A DNA stretch of 64,000 bases from an uncultured Candidatus Saccharibacteria bacterium (GCA_964402035.1 CAYOAM010000001.1:371558-435557); one strand, 5' to 3'. Positions 1-10,772 are shown, counted from the first letter of the stretch. Program-made: numbers and translations. The notes: generated by a model not told the origin, from the sequence alone.

Positions 1-1
1 A

Positions 2-1294
2 TGGGTGCATGTGCGTCGTGACCATGGCAAGCTTATCTTTATCGATATTCGCGATCGCGGAGGTCTCCTACAGGTGGTGTTTATTCCACAGGTCTCGACT
101 GAGGCTCATGCGGTTGCATCGACACTCAAAAATGAAGACGTGGTTGAAATCGTGGGCAAGGTCAATGCGCGACCAGAAAAACTCGTGAATCCTAAGATTG
201 CTTCAGGAACTGTCGAAATTGAGGCACATGAAGTACGCGTTCTTGCACGGGCTGCGACCCTTCCTTTCGACATGAGCAAGGATGTTCTCGATGTTGAACT
301 CCCCACACAGCTCGATCACCGCGCACTTACGCTGCGTCACGCTTCGGTACAAGCAGTGTTTAAAGTGCAGGCGGTTATCATCGACTCTTTCCGTGAATTT
401 TTAAAGTCACAAGAATTTGTCGAATTTCAAGCGCCATGCATCACTCCCGCAACAGCGGAAGGGGGTGCGGAAGTATTTGAAATAAAATACTTTGATCAAA
501 AAGCATATCTGACCCAAAGCCCGCAACTCTATAAGCAGATCGTGATGACCGCATTTGAGCGTGTCTTCTCCGTCAACAAAATCTTCCGCGCAGAACCAAG
601 TGTGACCACGCGACACCTAACCGAAATCGTCTCACTCGACGCGGAGATGGGCTTTATCGACTCATGGACTGACGTGCGTGATATGGCAGAAGCGACCGTG
701 CGCTATATCTTGAAAGCTGTCGGTGAACGCTGCACTGCAGAACTCACACTACTCTCTGCCACACTTCCGACCATGACTGAAAAGACGCCCACACTTTCGC
801 TTAAAGAAGCACAAGAAAAGATTTTTGCAGTGACTGGCAAAGATGTACGTGGTGAAAAGGATTTAAATCCTGAGGATGAACGTGCGATCTGCGAGATAGT
901 GAAAAACGAAACGGGCTCTGACTTTGTCTTTGTGTACGGATACCCTACCCGCAAGAGAGCATTTTATGTGTACCCTAATCCTGCAGATCCTGAGGTGAAC
1001 GAAGGCATAGATCTTCTGTGTCGCGGTATCGAGTGGCTTTCAGGAGGTCGTCGTATCAATGACTACGAGCAACTCAAAAAGCACGTAGAGATTTGGGGTA
1101 TGGATGAGGGCAAGATCAAGATGTTTCTCGATGCATTTAAATATGGTGCGCCACCTGAAGGAGGGTTTGCCTTTGGCGCCGAGCGCATGACCATGCAGAT
1201 TTTAGGTCTCAAAAACGTCCGCGAAGCCTGCATGTTCCCTCGTGACCTCTCTCGCATCGACGAACGCTTTGCCGTTGTAGAGGATGAGATATAA
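2..1294 (+). CDS. aspS: Aspartate--tRNA(Asp/Asn) ligase, archaeal/non-discriminating type (5' truncated by window)
   Basis: OB-fold start (RDHGKLIFIDIRD), EGGAEVF, YLTQSPQLYKQ, motif 2 FRAE, motif 3 YGAPPEGGFAFGAER; no GAD insert. Confidence 0.9.
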   Translation, partial: WVHVRRDHGKLIFIDIRDRGGLLQVVFIPQVSTEAHAVASTLKNEDVVEIVGKVNARPEKLVNPKIASGTVEIEAHEVRVLARAATLPFDMSKDVLDVELPTQLDHRALTLRHASVQAVFKVQAVIIDSFREFLKSQEFVEFQAPCITPATAEGGAEVFEIKYFDQKAYLTQSPQLYKQIVMTAFERVFSVNKIFRAEPSVTTRHLTEIVSLDAEMGFIDSWTDVRDMAEATVRYILKAVGERCTAELTLLSATLPTMTEKTPTLSLKEAQEKIFAVTGKDVRGEKDLNPEDERAICEIVKNETGSDFVFVYGYPTRKRAFYVYPNPADPEVNEGIDLLCRGIEWLSGGRRINDYEQLKKHVEIWGMDEGKIKMFLDAFKYGAPPEGGFAFGAERMTMQILGLKNVREACMFPRDLSRIDERFAVVEDEI

Positions 1295-1324
1295 TAGGTA
1301 TTACTTAAATTTAATATTTTTTAA

Positions 1325-1873
1325 ATGACTAATCTAGAGCGAGTAGATTGGACAAAGTTCAATCCAATACCAATCACTTCATTAGATAAAATTAATTCCT
1401 ATATACTAGCAAGAGGAGGAGTGAAGGCATTTTATATTGGCAAGCCGTCTCTAATGAAGCAGCAGGAATTATGGGTAGATATTTTCCCGCATTTAAAAAA
1501 TGCTATTAGAATGAGGCAATCACATGATTTCTCTTTACAAGAACCGTTTATAGCAAGTCTTGATCCTTACCCGGGAAATACCACAGTCACAAAATTATTC
1601 CCAGAAGGTTTTGTCTTGGGAACACTGTATGGTGATGGCACATATCAATTTGTACAATTAAATGGCACGAGAAATATAAAGAATGCTTTGGAAATAATAA
1701 GTGCACATAAGACAGCCGATACATCAATAACAGGTAATTATGAGCAGTTCAAGAACGGAAACATTGACATAATCATTCTGTATCCATGGATTAAAATTTT
1801 CATTCTTTTAGGAATGAGCATACTTTGTACTGGCATACTAACATACTTCATTGGCACGATAATGTACAAATAA
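1325..1873 (+). CDS. Hypothetical protein with C-terminal transmembrane helix
   Basis: 182-aa ORF, AT-rich relative to aspS, hydrophobic C-terminus. Confidence 0.6.
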   Translation: MTNLERVDWTKFNPIPITSLDKINSYILARGGVKAFYIGKPSLMKQQELWVDIFPHLKNAIRMRQSHDFSLQEPFIASLDPYPGNTTVTKLFPEGFVLGTLYGDGTYQFVQLNGTRNIKNALEIISAHKTADTSITGNYEQFKNGNIDIIILYPWIKIFILLGMSILCTGILTYFIGTIMYK

Positions 1874-1917
1874 TCTTCGCACTTTCTAGCTTCATGACAG
1901 TTGTGAATCTCACATAC

Positions 1918-1986
1918 TCTCGCATTGACGAACGCTTTGCGGTAGTAGACGAAGAGAAAAAGAAGTCCTCTAATTTCCAAGGGTAA
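1918..1986 (+). pseudogene. Duplicated 3' fragment of aspS
   Basis: Translates SRIDERFAVVDEEKKKSSNFQG*, matching the aspS end SRIDERFAVVEDEI* (1250-1294). Confidence 0.75.
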
Positions 1987-2042
1987 TCTTCGAAATAGAC
2001 AAAACGCTTGGAGACTTGCCTTCTACGCATTGTTAAACATGT

Positions 2043-2572
2043 ATGTCTTTAATACCAAAAGATAACTGGCTTGATCCTAGAGTAGAAATACGAGTGTCTG
2101 GAGTGAGTGGCAAAGGATCATTTGCAAAAGCACCCATTCAAAAAGGTGAGACTGTCGTTATGTGGGGCGGTGGCGTTATTGTCCCAAATGCTGAATTTGA
2201 AAAAGGTTTTGCAGAAGGACTGTATGAACCAGAGACAGCAATCCATTTCGATAAAGATCACAAGTGGGTACAACTCGCATCCGACGATGATAAAGAGGAT
2301 GCATTTCTCAATCACTCATGTGACCCAAACCTGTGGTTTACCAATGGCTGGCCCCTTACGGCACGCCGTGACATCTTGGCGGGTGAAGAACTAACCTTCG
2401 ACTACGCGACGGTGAGACCTATCCACTCAAATCGGAGTGTCAGTGTGGTGCGCCTCAATGTCGAAAACATATAACCAGTGAAGAATGGTTAGACAAGCAT
2501 TTTCAAGAAAAGTATAAGGGGCATTTTAATCCCTACATTCAATCACTGATTGATACTGACAGTGCCGTGTAG
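2043..2572 (+). pseudogene. SET-domain protein-lysine methyltransferase, frameshifted near 2410
   Basis: GKGSFA, FLNHSCDPN, ELTFDY motifs; post-SET ECQCGAPQCRK continues in another frame to TAG at 2570-2572. Confidence 0.75.
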
Positions 2573-2665
2573 ATCTATGTAAATTCCGTTACATTTGAAT
2601 CCGTGATTTCTATCGAGCGATCCGTTCTATTGAAATGCACAAACTTTGAGTGTTCATTATAGTAA

Positions 2666-2783
2666 TTTCCAAGGTCCGGCCTTGGAAACATAAAAACAAC
2701 TTGGAGGTCCGGTCTCCAAGTGGTTTTTAGTACGTACAGTACGTACTAAGTGCATAAAACCCCAAGCCAGATTGCTTGGGGTT
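2666..2783. repeat. Cluster of four short palindromes (REP-like/terminator)
   Basis: TTTCCAAGG-tccgg-CCTTGGAAA; ACTTGGAG-n7-CTCCAAGT; TTAGTACGTAC-a-GTACGTACTAA; AACCCCAAGC-n6-GCTTGGGGTT. Confidence 0.75.
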
Positions 2784-2819
2784 CCCGTTTAATTGGCATA
2801 TCGGGTGAGCCAAAATTCG

Positions 2820-3359
2820 CTAGTCAACCATCGTTGCCCCCAACCGGAACGCATCGATAAGTGAGCAGTCGCCACACCGAGCAAGCTCATGTGCAGCAAC
2901 GACATCATCGATGCCGAGCCCTTCCGCCATTTTTAAAGCAGCATGGAAGGAATCCTGGCATTCCTTGTAGTGCTCAAGGAGCACTACAAGCACCATTGCC
3001 CTCCGGCTCTGCTCTTTGTACAGAGAAGGAGGTCCAAAGCTCTGCTTGAACACCTTCGGCCAGTAGAACCTCGGTTCTTGCAGAGTGTTGAGGAGCTCAG
3101 CGAACCTTACCAGAACTCGCATCTCCTCGACGTCGCCGGTATAGCTTACAACGTCGACTGCATTCCATCCTGGGGTCCGAGTAGTGATGGTAATCATCCC
3201 ATCACTCTCGATAACGCCGGACAGTCGACCTCCCCACTGGTCTTGTTCGATCAACATCTTGACGGCGGTCGGTAGCGTCATGGACTGCGGAGTGGTGGGA
3301 AAAGCTTTCCCGCCCACCCAGCAAACCTTATTGTAAATAAGCGAGACCGGAATGGTCAT
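2820..3359 (-). CDS. Hypothetical protein
   Basis: 179-aa ORF with AAGGAG RBS and a consensus promoter upstream. Confidence 0.65.
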   Translation of the reverse strand: MTIPVSLIYNKVCWVGGKAFPTTPQSMTLPTAVKMLIEQDQWGGRLSGVIESDGMITITTRTPGWNAVDVVSYTGDVEEMRVLVRFAELLNTLQEPRFYWPKVFKQSFGPPSLYKEQSRRAMVLVVLLEHYKECQDSFHAALKMAEGLGIDDVVAAHELARCGDCSLIDAFRLGATMVD

Positions 3360-3410
3360 TGATGAACTCCTTGGATCTAAAATGGTTAAAAGTTAAACTA
3401 CCTGCGATAT

Positions 3411-3440
3411 ATTATACCATAACAGACAATATATTGTCAA
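3411..3440 (-). promoter_or_regulatory. Sigma70-type promoter
   Basis: TTGACA-N18-TATAAT on the minus strand upstream of ORF 2820-3359. Confidence 0.65.
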
Positions 3441-3544
3441 TATCAAAAGCGGTAGATTCCAACCTGAAGTGCAACACCTGTTAACTCATAGAATACTTCA
3501 TACGGTGCCTTTCCACCAAGTCGCCCTGCGGGGTCGCGAGTTTT

Positions 3545-3569
3545 TTTACCAAGGGCAGCCCTTGGTAAA
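3545..3569. repeat. CCAAGGG/CCCTTGG palindrome (REP-like)
   Basis: TTTACCAAGGGC-a-GCCCTTGGTAAA; same core recurs at 53048-53095. Confidence 0.7.
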
Positions 3570-3570
3570 G

Positions 3571-4194
3571 CTATGGGCGGTTTGGATTGCCCTCATCTGC
3601 AAGGCGCCAGAGGTACCATGACGCGACCGAGCAGTATGGGTGCCAGTCTTTCGCAAGCTTTTGCATCTTTTTATCATCCGGCAATGCGCGAAGTTTAAAA
3701 AGTTTCTGAAAGCCTTTTTTAATTCCTAAATCAAGTGTCGGCAGCACATTGGTGCGTCCCAGGGTAAACATCAAAAACATATCGGCAGTCCATACACCGA
3801 TCCCCTTCACCGCTATCAAGTGCTCTCGTATCTCTTCATCCGTCATCTCGGTGAATTTGTCGGGAGTGATAAACCCTTCATTAAACTTGCGAGCGAGATC
3901 GTAGAGATAGTCTGTCTTTTGATTTGAAAGTCCACATTTTCGCAAGGTCTCACGACGCTTTTTCAAAAGTGCTTGCGGCACAGGTTTTTGATCCGGAAAG
4001 AGTGCGACAAAGCGTCCGTGGATCGTACCCGCTGCTTTCCCTGAAAGCTGCTGGTAGATAATGGACCGGCAGAGCGCCTCATACGGATCACCATTTTTTC
4101 CAATATCTGGTTTTGGATGACGAGCAGTAACTGCCGCAAGCGCAGTATCTTTTCGCAAGTGTCGTAGTCCACGGGCAAACTCTTTTGTGCTCAT
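3571..4194 (-). CDS. alkA: DNA-3-methyladenine glycosylase (AlkA/HhH-GPD family)
   Basis: IIYQQLSGKAA, HhH motif VKGIGVWTADM, catalytic D in LPTLDLG, W-P-Y-S-A-S-W-Y-L-W tail. Confidence 0.88.
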   Translation of the reverse strand: MSTKEFARGLRHLRKDTALAAVTARHPKPDIGKNGDPYEALCRSIIYQQLSGKAAGTIHGRFVALFPDQKPVPQALLKKRRETLRKCGLSNQKTDYLYDLARKFNEGFITPDKFTEMTDEEIREHLIAVKGIGVWTADMFLMFTLGRTNVLPTLDLGIKKGFQKLFKLRALPDDKKMQKLAKDWHPYCSVASWYLWRLADEGNPNRP

Positions 4195-4805
4195 ACGTCA
4201 GAAAGATTCTGGATGAGTTCAACTATTTCAGGAAACTGTTCTTGATTGAAATGACCGCGATCATCAAATACTATTGGGGTCGCAAACGGAAGCGCTTGTG
4301 TGTATTTTCCAAGATCAGCGTACGGTACGACAGGATCGTCACTACTATGTATGAGATACAGCTCTCCCCCTTGCGCAGTACATTTTTCCATGGTGGGCGG
4401 CACTGCAAAATCTGCCAATGAGTAGCCGTATGATCGATCACTGTCATCATAAGGAGCCGCAACCAGTATCGTTGCCCGTATATCCCGTGGCAAATGGTGT
4501 TCAGAGAGATACTTTGCCAGAAAAATACCACCCAATGAATGCCCTACAAAAATCACGCCGTCACGAAGATGTGGAATATATTTTTCAAACCACATTTTCC
4601 ACTCGAAGTACTTAGCATTTTTTGGAGACGGCATGCTTGGTCGTATGACCTCGTAGTCCTCACCCAGATCTTCCGCCAAGTTGTCTTTCCAACCCATCGT
4701 CTTAGGCACGTCAAAATCTATTTCATAACTCTCAAGATAGGTGAGATATTTTTCATACGTATCAAAAGCTTCCCCTCCATGCACCACAAACACCTGCTGT
4801 TTCAT
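4191..4805 (-). CDS. Alpha/beta hydrolase, RBBP9/YdeN family
   Basis: VHGG, GHSLGG nucleophile elbow, SDDPVVP, RGHF. Confidence 0.85.
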   Translation of the reverse strand: MKQQVFVVHGGEAFDTYEKYLTYLESYEIDFDVPKTMGWKDNLAEDLGEDYEVIRPSMPSPKNAKYFEWKMWFEKYIPHLRDGVIFVGHSLGGIFLAKYLSEHHLPRDIRATILVAAPYDDSDRSYGYSLADFAVPPTMEKCTAQGGELYLIHSSDDPVVPYADLGKYTQALPFATPIVFDDRGHFNQEQFPEIVELIQNLSDV

Positions 4806-4856
4806 ATGAAGAGTATAACAAAAAAAGCCCCCGTCCAGTATGGCGGGGGCCGCATC

Positions 4857-5501
4857 TCAAGAGCAGGCTTGGATAATGTACTGAGCTCGACTGAGCTCGG
4901 CCTTGTACAAAGCAGCTCTGGAGCGTCTATTCGGCAAATTGAGTAACACAAGGCCGACAACCGACAGGCCGACCACACTCCACCATGGTGGAGTACCGTT
5001 CAGGAAGTAAAATACTCCGGCGTTTACCAAAATCCCAAGACAGCACAACGAAAGCAGTTGTGGAGTCCGTAGCAATACCCTATTCCATGCACGCTCCTTA
5101 AGTGCACTAGCACGCAGTATTGCGGTTAACACCTCAAAATAGCGAATCCCGCGAATGCCAGTCAATGTATAGACATCTTGCGCACCGCAGACTCGTACAT
5201 GAAAGACATGCCCGTTCAGTTCTTTCTGCAACAAGTGGTAACCATCATCGACATCCATGTAGCATAATTTCCACTCGCCATGTAGGAATGCTTGCATGAC
5301 CGCACCAAAATCCACTTGGCTCGGTCGAGTGGCTTCGTGCCGAAATAACACTTCAAAATCAGCCGAGATTATGATTTGTTTAGAAGCAGAAAGCTCTTCG
5401 GTGACGTTTTTAATTGATGCAGAAACGCGCACTGGTGCAAGCGTCATAACTTCCTCCACTGAGCGACGTAACCCAAACGGGATGCCTGGGGTGTCGCTCA
5501 A
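4857..5501 (-). CDS. Hypothetical membrane protein
   Basis: 214-aa ORF (TTG start) with two C-terminal hydrophobic helices, followed by a GC-rich hairpin and T-tract. Confidence 0.55.
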   Translation of the reverse strand: MSDTPGIPFGLRRSVEEVMTLAPVRVSASIKNVTEELSASKQIIISADFEVLFRHEATRPSQVDFGAVMQAFLHGEWKLCYMDVDDGYHLLQKELNGHVFHVRVCGAQDVYTLTGIRGIRYFEVLTAILRASALKERAWNRVLLRTPQLLSLCCLGILVNAGVFYFLNGTPPWWSVVGLSVVGLVLLNLPNRRSRAALYKAELSRAQYIIQACS

Positions 5502-5619
5502 AAATTGATCCGACTACATTAAGCGCCGAATATAGTATTTTGTCAATCAATATAACTCCACAGTCTACTCAGACAGAGATGCATCCCTATGCTACTGTCA
5601 TAGGGTACGACAGACTGTC

Positions 5620-6807
5620 ATGGAACATATCCTCACCATAAACGCAGGTTCTTCGAGTATAAAATTTGGCCTATTTGAGGCAGGCACTGAACCCAAGAAA
5701 ATTTTGTGGGGTTGCATGGAAAATATCGGCCTTGAACACACCACATTTTCTATACAAAGTGCCGAAACTGAGTCACCGCAACCGCAACCGGTGGATGCCG
5801 CAAATCTTTCGATCGCTCTCCCGATCTTTATCTCGCTACTCAAAGAGCATCTTGCACCGTACACGATTGTTGCTATTGGTCACCGCATCGTACATGGCGG
5901 TGCAACACACGCCGCATCGATAGTGATTACACCTACCGTCATAGAGGATATACGGCAGCTCACCCATTTCGCACCGAACCACCTCCCTGCTGAAATCGCG
6001 CTTATTGAAGCACTGCAACAGACATTTCCACACGTACCACAAGTGGCGTGTTTTGATACTGCATTTCATCATGACCTACCACGCAAAGCGCAGATCATCC
6101 CTATTCCCCGCTCACATGAATCAAAAGGTCTTCGTGCGTATGGTTTCCATGGAATTTCCTATCAGTTTTTGATGCAGCGCCTCCATGAAATAGGAGGCGC
6201 TGCAGTAGCAGAGAGTCGCGTAGTCCTCGCACACCTGGGAAATGGTGCCAGTCTCGCGGCTGTGAGCAAGGGAGCTGTGGTCGACACTACTATGGGTTTT
6301 TCGCCCGCCTCAGGCATACCCATGAGCACCCGCTCCGGTAGCATCGACCCCGGTATCGTCAACTACTTTCTCGAAACAGAAAAAATGTCAGCGCAAGACT
6401 TGAGCACGCTCCTCACCGAACGTTCTGGGCTCCTTGGTATGTCGGAGACGAGCGCGGATATGCGCCAGCTGTTAGACCAAGAAGCAACGGACATACGCTC
6501 AAGAGAAGCGATAGATGTATTTTGCTACCACATACAAAAAACCATCGGCGCATATGCCGCAGCCATGGGAGGCATCGACACCTTAGTATTTAGTGGCGGT
6601 ATCGGTATGCGAGCGCCAAAAGTGCGAAGTCGCATCTGTGAAAACCTTGTCTTTCTTGGTATCGCTATTGATGCAGAAAAAAATAATGCGGGGGCATTGG
6701 TTATTTCTGTAGCTGATAAACCCGTAACGATATACGTCATCGCAACCGATGAGGAACACATGATTGCAAGCGACACAGCACGTATTTATGCCGCATCAAG
6801 CCAGTAA
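5620..6807 (+). CDS. ackA: Acetate kinase
   Basis: INAGSSSIKF, GHRIVHGG, FDTAFH, YGFHGISY, HLGNGAS, TRSG, FSGGIG, TDEE. Confidence 0.95.
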   Translation: MEHILTINAGSSSIKFGLFEAGTEPKKILWGCMENIGLEHTTFSIQSAETESPQPQPVDAANLSIALPIFISLLKEHLAPYTIVAIGHRIVHGGATHAASIVITPTVIEDIRQLTHFAPNHLPAEIALIEALQQTFPHVPQVACFDTAFHHDLPRKAQIIPIPRSHESKGLRAYGFHGISYQFLMQRLHEIGGAAVAESRVVLAHLGNGASLAAVSKGAVVDTTMGFSPASGIPMSTRSGSIDPGIVNYFLETEKMSAQDLSTLLTERSGLLGMSETSADMRQLLDQEATDIRSREAIDVFCYHIQKTIGAYAAAMGGIDTLVFSGGIGMRAPKVRSRICENLVFLGIAIDAEKNNAGALVISVADKPVTIYVIATDEEHMIASDTARIYAASSQ

Positions 6808-6825
6808 TATATTAAAAACCAATTT

Positions 6826-9210
6826 ATGCAAACCACACACAACACACTGTCAGACGAAATGCTCGCACGCATCGACGCATATTGGCGCGCCGCAAACTTT
6901 CTCTCCGTTGGACAAATTTACCTGAAAGAAAACCCTCTACTCAAGGAGCCTCTCAAACTAGAGCACATAAAACCAATCCTACTCGGGCATTGGGGAACAA
7001 CACCTGGTCAAAACTTTATCTATGCGCACCTCAATCGCATCATAAAAAAGTATCACCTCAACACGATTTACATATCGGGACCCGGACATGGTGGCCCCGC
7101 ACTTGTTGCGAACACCTACCTTGAAGGCACCTATAGCGAAATCTATCCAAACATTAGCCAAAATGAGGCCGGCATGAAACGGCTCTTTCAGCGTTTTTCA
7201 TTTCCCGGTGGTATTGCAAGTCACGTGTCGCCTGAGTGTCCTGGCTCCATACATGAGGGCGGAGAGCTCGGATACTCCTTGAGCCATGCCTTTGGTGCAG
7301 CATTTGATAACCCCGATCTCGTCGTTGCGTGTGTCGTGGGTGACGGCGAAGCAGAGACCGGGCCGCTGGCAACCGCATGGCACTCAAACAAATTTCTAAA
7401 TCCTGCAACAGACGGCGTCGTGCTCCCCATTTTGCATCTCAATGGTTACAAGATTGCGAACCCAACAATCCTCGCTCGTATTTCACACGATGAACTCGAG
7501 CAACTATTCCGCGGCTATGGATGGACCCCGTATTTTGTTGAAGGAGATGACCCACAGTACATGCACCAGCAAATGGCAGCAACACTGGATACTATTACGG
7601 AGGAAATCCAAGAGATCCATCGAAAGGCACGCGAAGAAGGAAGTACCGAACGACCACGCTGGCCCATGATCGTACTACGATCACCTAAAGGGTGGACAGG
7701 GCCAAAAGTGGTCGGTGGAAAACTAAACGAGAATACGTTCCGTGCGCACCAAGTGCCACTCTCCGATCTTCCCAACAAACCTGAAAATTTGATCCAACTT
7801 GAGGAGTGGCTCAAAAGCTACCGTCCAGAAGAGCTGTTTGATGTTGACGGTCGACTGATACCTGAACTCGCTGAACTAGCCCCAACAGGCGATCGTCGCA
7901 TGGGAGCGAACCCTCACGCCAATGGTGGCGGGCTTCTTCGCGACCTCCAAATGCCTGACTTCCGTGACTATGCAGTCGATGTACCCGCGCCGGGTGTTGT
8001 AAAAAAGGGAGACACTCACGTGATGGGCGTATTCCTCCGCGATGTGACGAAACTCAATGAGTCACAAAAAAACTTTCGTATTTTTGGACCCGATGAAACA
8101 CTTTCAAATGGTCTCGAGTCAGTATTTGAAGTCACGAACAGACAATGGATGGGCAACCGTATGGACGCAGATGAATTTCTATCGCCCAATGGTCGCGTCA
8201 TGGAAATGCTATCAGAGCATCAGTGTCAGGGCTGGCTTGAAGGATATCTCTTGACCGGTAGACACGGTCTCTACAACTGTTATGAAGCGTTCATTCACAT
8301 AGTGGACTCGATGTTCAATCAGCACGCCAAGTGGCTCAAGATTACGTCAGAGCTTCCATGGCGCCACAAAATTGCTTCACTCAACTACCTGCTAGCGTCA
8401 CATGTGTGGCGCCAGGACCACAATGGTTTTACGCACCAAGACCCCGGCTTTATTGACCATGTGGTCAATAAGAAATCAGAAATTATTCGTGTGTACCTAC
8501 CACCGGATGCAAACTGTCTCCTCTCGGTCACTGATCACTGTTTGCGTAGCCGTCACTACGTCAACGTGGTCGTTGCAGGCAAGCACCCTGCCCCACAATG
8601 GCTCAATATTGATGCAGCCATAAAGCACTGCACCGAGGGCATCAGTATCTGGCAATGGGCAAGCAATGATCAAGAGAGCGAGCCGGACATAGTCATGGCC
8701 TGCGCAGGTGATGTACCGACACTTGAAACATTGGCCGCAGTGACGATTCTCCGAGAACACGTACCGAATCTAAAAGTTCGTGTTGTAAACGTGGTTGACC
8801 TTATGAAACTCCAACCACAAGAAGAGCATCCACACGGGCTCAATGAAAAAGATTTTGAATCTATTTTTACCAAAGACAAACCAGTGATTTTTGCTTTCCA
8901 TGGATATCCTATGTTGATACATCGACTCACGTATCGACGTGCAAATCACCGAAACATCCATGCACGCGGGTACAAAGAAGAAGGTACCATCACAACCGCA
9001 TTTGACATGACAGTACTCAATGATCTCGACCGTTTTCATTTGGTCCAAGATGCGATCGAGCGACTACCGCAGCTTGGCACTAAAGGGGACTACCTAAAAC
9101 AAATGATGCAGGATAAACTTGTCGAGCATAAACAGTACATCAAAGAGCATGGCGAAGATATGCCCGAGATACGCGACTGGAAATGGTATGTTGCGGATGC
9201 ACAGCAATAG
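6826..9210 (+). CDS. xfp: Xylulose-5-phosphate/fructose-6-phosphate phosphoketolase
   Basis: [32 protein letters not shown] ThDP motif, [22 protein letters not shown]. Confidence 0.97.
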   Translation: MQTTHNTLSDEMLARIDAYWRAANFLSVGQIYLKENPLLKEPLKLEHIKPILLGHWGTTPGQNFIYAHLNRIIKKYHLNTIYISGPGHGGPALVANTYLEGTYSEIYPNISQNEAGMKRLFQRFSFPGGIASHVSPECPGSIHEGGELGYSLSHAFGAAFDNPDLVVACVVGDGEAETGPLATAWHSNKFLNPATDGVVLPILHLNGYKIANPTILARISHDELEQLFRGYGWTPYFVEGDDPQYMHQQMAATLDTITEEIQEIHRKAREEGSTERPRWPMIVLRSPKGWTGPKVVGGKLNENTFRAHQVPLSDLPNKPENLIQLEEWLKSYRPEELFDVDGRLIPELAELAPTGDRRMGANPHANGGGLLRDLQMPDFRDYAVDVPAPGVVKKGDTHVMGVFLRDVTKLNESQKNFRIFGPDETLSNGLESVFEVTNRQWMGNRMDADEFLSPNGRVMEMLSEHQCQGWLEGYLLTGRHGLYNCYEAFIHIVDSMFNQHAKWLKITSELPWRHKIASLNYLLASHVWRQDHNGFTHQDPGFIDHVVNKKSEIIRVYLPPDANCLLSVTDHCLRSRHYVNVVVAGKHPAPQWLNIDAAIKHCTEGISIWQWASNDQESEPDIVMACAGDVPTLETLAAVTILREHVPNLKVRVVNVVDLMKLQPQEEHPHGLNEKDFESIFTKDKPVIFAFHGYPMLIHRLTYRRANHRNIHARGYKEEGTITTAFDMTVLNDLDRFHLVQDAIERLPQLGTKGDYLKQMMQDKLVEHKQYIKEHGEDMPEIRDWKWYVADAQQ

Positions 9211-9215
9211 CTTCT

Positions 9216-9785
9216 ATGGCTCTCAAAAGTTTTTTGATTTCCTGTGCTATTGAATTTGGCCCTATCACACTCTTTTTTTTTGGAACGGAATTTGTAGGGT
9301 TCTTTGTCGGTACGATCCTGCTTGTAGTTGGAACCGCGGCAGCACTCGCTACATCGCTCGTACGTGACAAACGGATACCACTTTTTTCCCTCATTTCAGG
9401 AGGATCCGTGCTGGTATTTGGTATCTCAACACTGAGTCTTCGAGATCCCGTATGGCTCATGATCGAATACGCGCTCTACAATGGCGCATTTGCACTGGTG
9501 CTCCTCGTCGGTAGTGCACTCAATAAACCACTGCTCAAACCACTCTTCATCAACATGTTCCAGATCACTGACCGTGGTTGGTATATCCTCTCATTGCGCT
9601 GGGGTCTGTTTTTTCTCCTTGTTGCGCTTACCAATTGGTACGTGTGGTATACGTATACTGATGATCAATGGGTATTCTATCGACTACTCGCAACTGTACT
9701 GCTATCTCTCTTTGGATTTACACAATTTTTTCTCACACGCAAAGAGCGACTGCCCCACGCAAGCCCTTGGGGTTTACGACTGTAG
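9216..9785 (+). CDS. Intracellular septation protein A (YciB/IspZ) family membrane protein
   Basis: EFGPITLFF start, W..LS.RW..FF...A..N..VW and W..Y motifs; multiple TM helices. Confidence 0.75.
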   Translation: MALKSFLISCAIEFGPITLFFFGTEFVGFFVGTILLVVGTAAALATSLVRDKRIPLFSLISGGSVLVFGISTLSLRDPVWLMIEYALYNGAFALVLLVGSALNKPLLKPLFINMFQITDRGWYILSLRWGLFFLLVALTNWYVWYTYTDDQWVFYRLLATVLLSLFGFTQFFLTRKERLPHASPWGLRL

Positions 9786-9801
9786 AAAAGCTACATACCG
9801 A

Positions 9802-10200
9802 CTATGACTCCTTGATACACCGTGTACGCTTTCCGTACGATTCAATATCGTGTGGCGCAAACAGTTTGTGCATGTGTGCGAGCAATGCGTCTGCTAGCGC
9901 GTCGTTGTTCTTGGTGAAATTGCAATAGTGAATCGTGAGCTCGAGCGCCTTCCGTTCTGGCCATGTGTGTATCGCTACATGTGACTCGCCAATAATTGAG
10001 ACGAAGCTGTATCCATGCCCTTCTCCAAATGAATAAAAACATGAATCAATGTAGGTAAAACCAGAATTTTTGATAGCATTCACCAACTCATCATGCGCTC
10101 GCGGCTCATGCAGCATGTCGACATGTTCACACTGATAAAAATCCCACGCGAGATCAATACTTCCCCCAAACTGAGGTACCATTTCTTTTTCCATATACAC
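9802..10200 (-). CDS. speD: S-adenosylmethionine decarboxylase proenzyme family (pyruvoyl-dependent)
   Basis: Self-cleavage motif ESH followed by VAIHTWPE. Confidence 0.75.
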   Translation of the reverse strand: MYMEKEMVPQFGGSIDLAWDFYQCEHVDMLHEPRAHDELVNAIKNSGFTYIDSCFYSFGEGHGYSFVSIIGESHVAIHTWPERKALELTIHYCNFTKNNDALADALLAHMHKLFAPHDIESYGKRTRCIKES

Positions 10201-10361
10201 ATCAACCTATGAGTCGGAGCAAGCTTCGAACTCTTCGAATAATAGATACTATTGTGGTCCCATTGCCCCAAAAATCAAATGGTACTTGTCCCCTGTTTTA
10301 TGATACGATGCGTGCAGATAAGTATAGTGATTTGCAACAGAACCCATGAGTGGAGGCTGGC

Positions 10362-10634
10362 ATGTCTACTACGAAACGCAATACAAAAAAGAGCACTCGG
10401 AAAAAACCTCGCAAGCGTCGTCAATCCAAAATGTACATAACTGCAGGACAAGTATTCGATATACTTCATGCTCCGAAGAGTCCAATCAGACAAATGATGG
10501 ACTTCCATGCCGCAGGCGGAACGCACCAGGAACCTGGCAAACCATACGATAGTGATGCTTTGCGGAAGATCAGTAAAGAATCAATTGGAATGCACGTTCG
10601 CAGTGCAGGTAGAACCGCACTCAAGATGAAGTAA
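10362..10634 (+). CDS. Small basic hypothetical protein
   Basis: GGAGG RBS, Lys/Arg-rich N-terminus, hairpin plus T-tract downstream. Confidence 0.5.
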   Translation: MSTTKRNTKKSTRKKPRKRRQSKMYITAGQVFDILHAPKSPIRQMMDFHAAGGTHQEPGKPYDSDALRKISKESIGMHVRSAGRTALKMK

Positions 10635-10772
10635 TCGTACACGGTGCGCATAGCCCTCGCCACGACTGGCTAGGGCTTTTTCATATAGAAATGACACAGA
10701 CTGTTTATTATTCATTTTTTATGGTACAAACATCGGCAGACTACGGAGATTCAGCAACCAAGGAGACACAGC

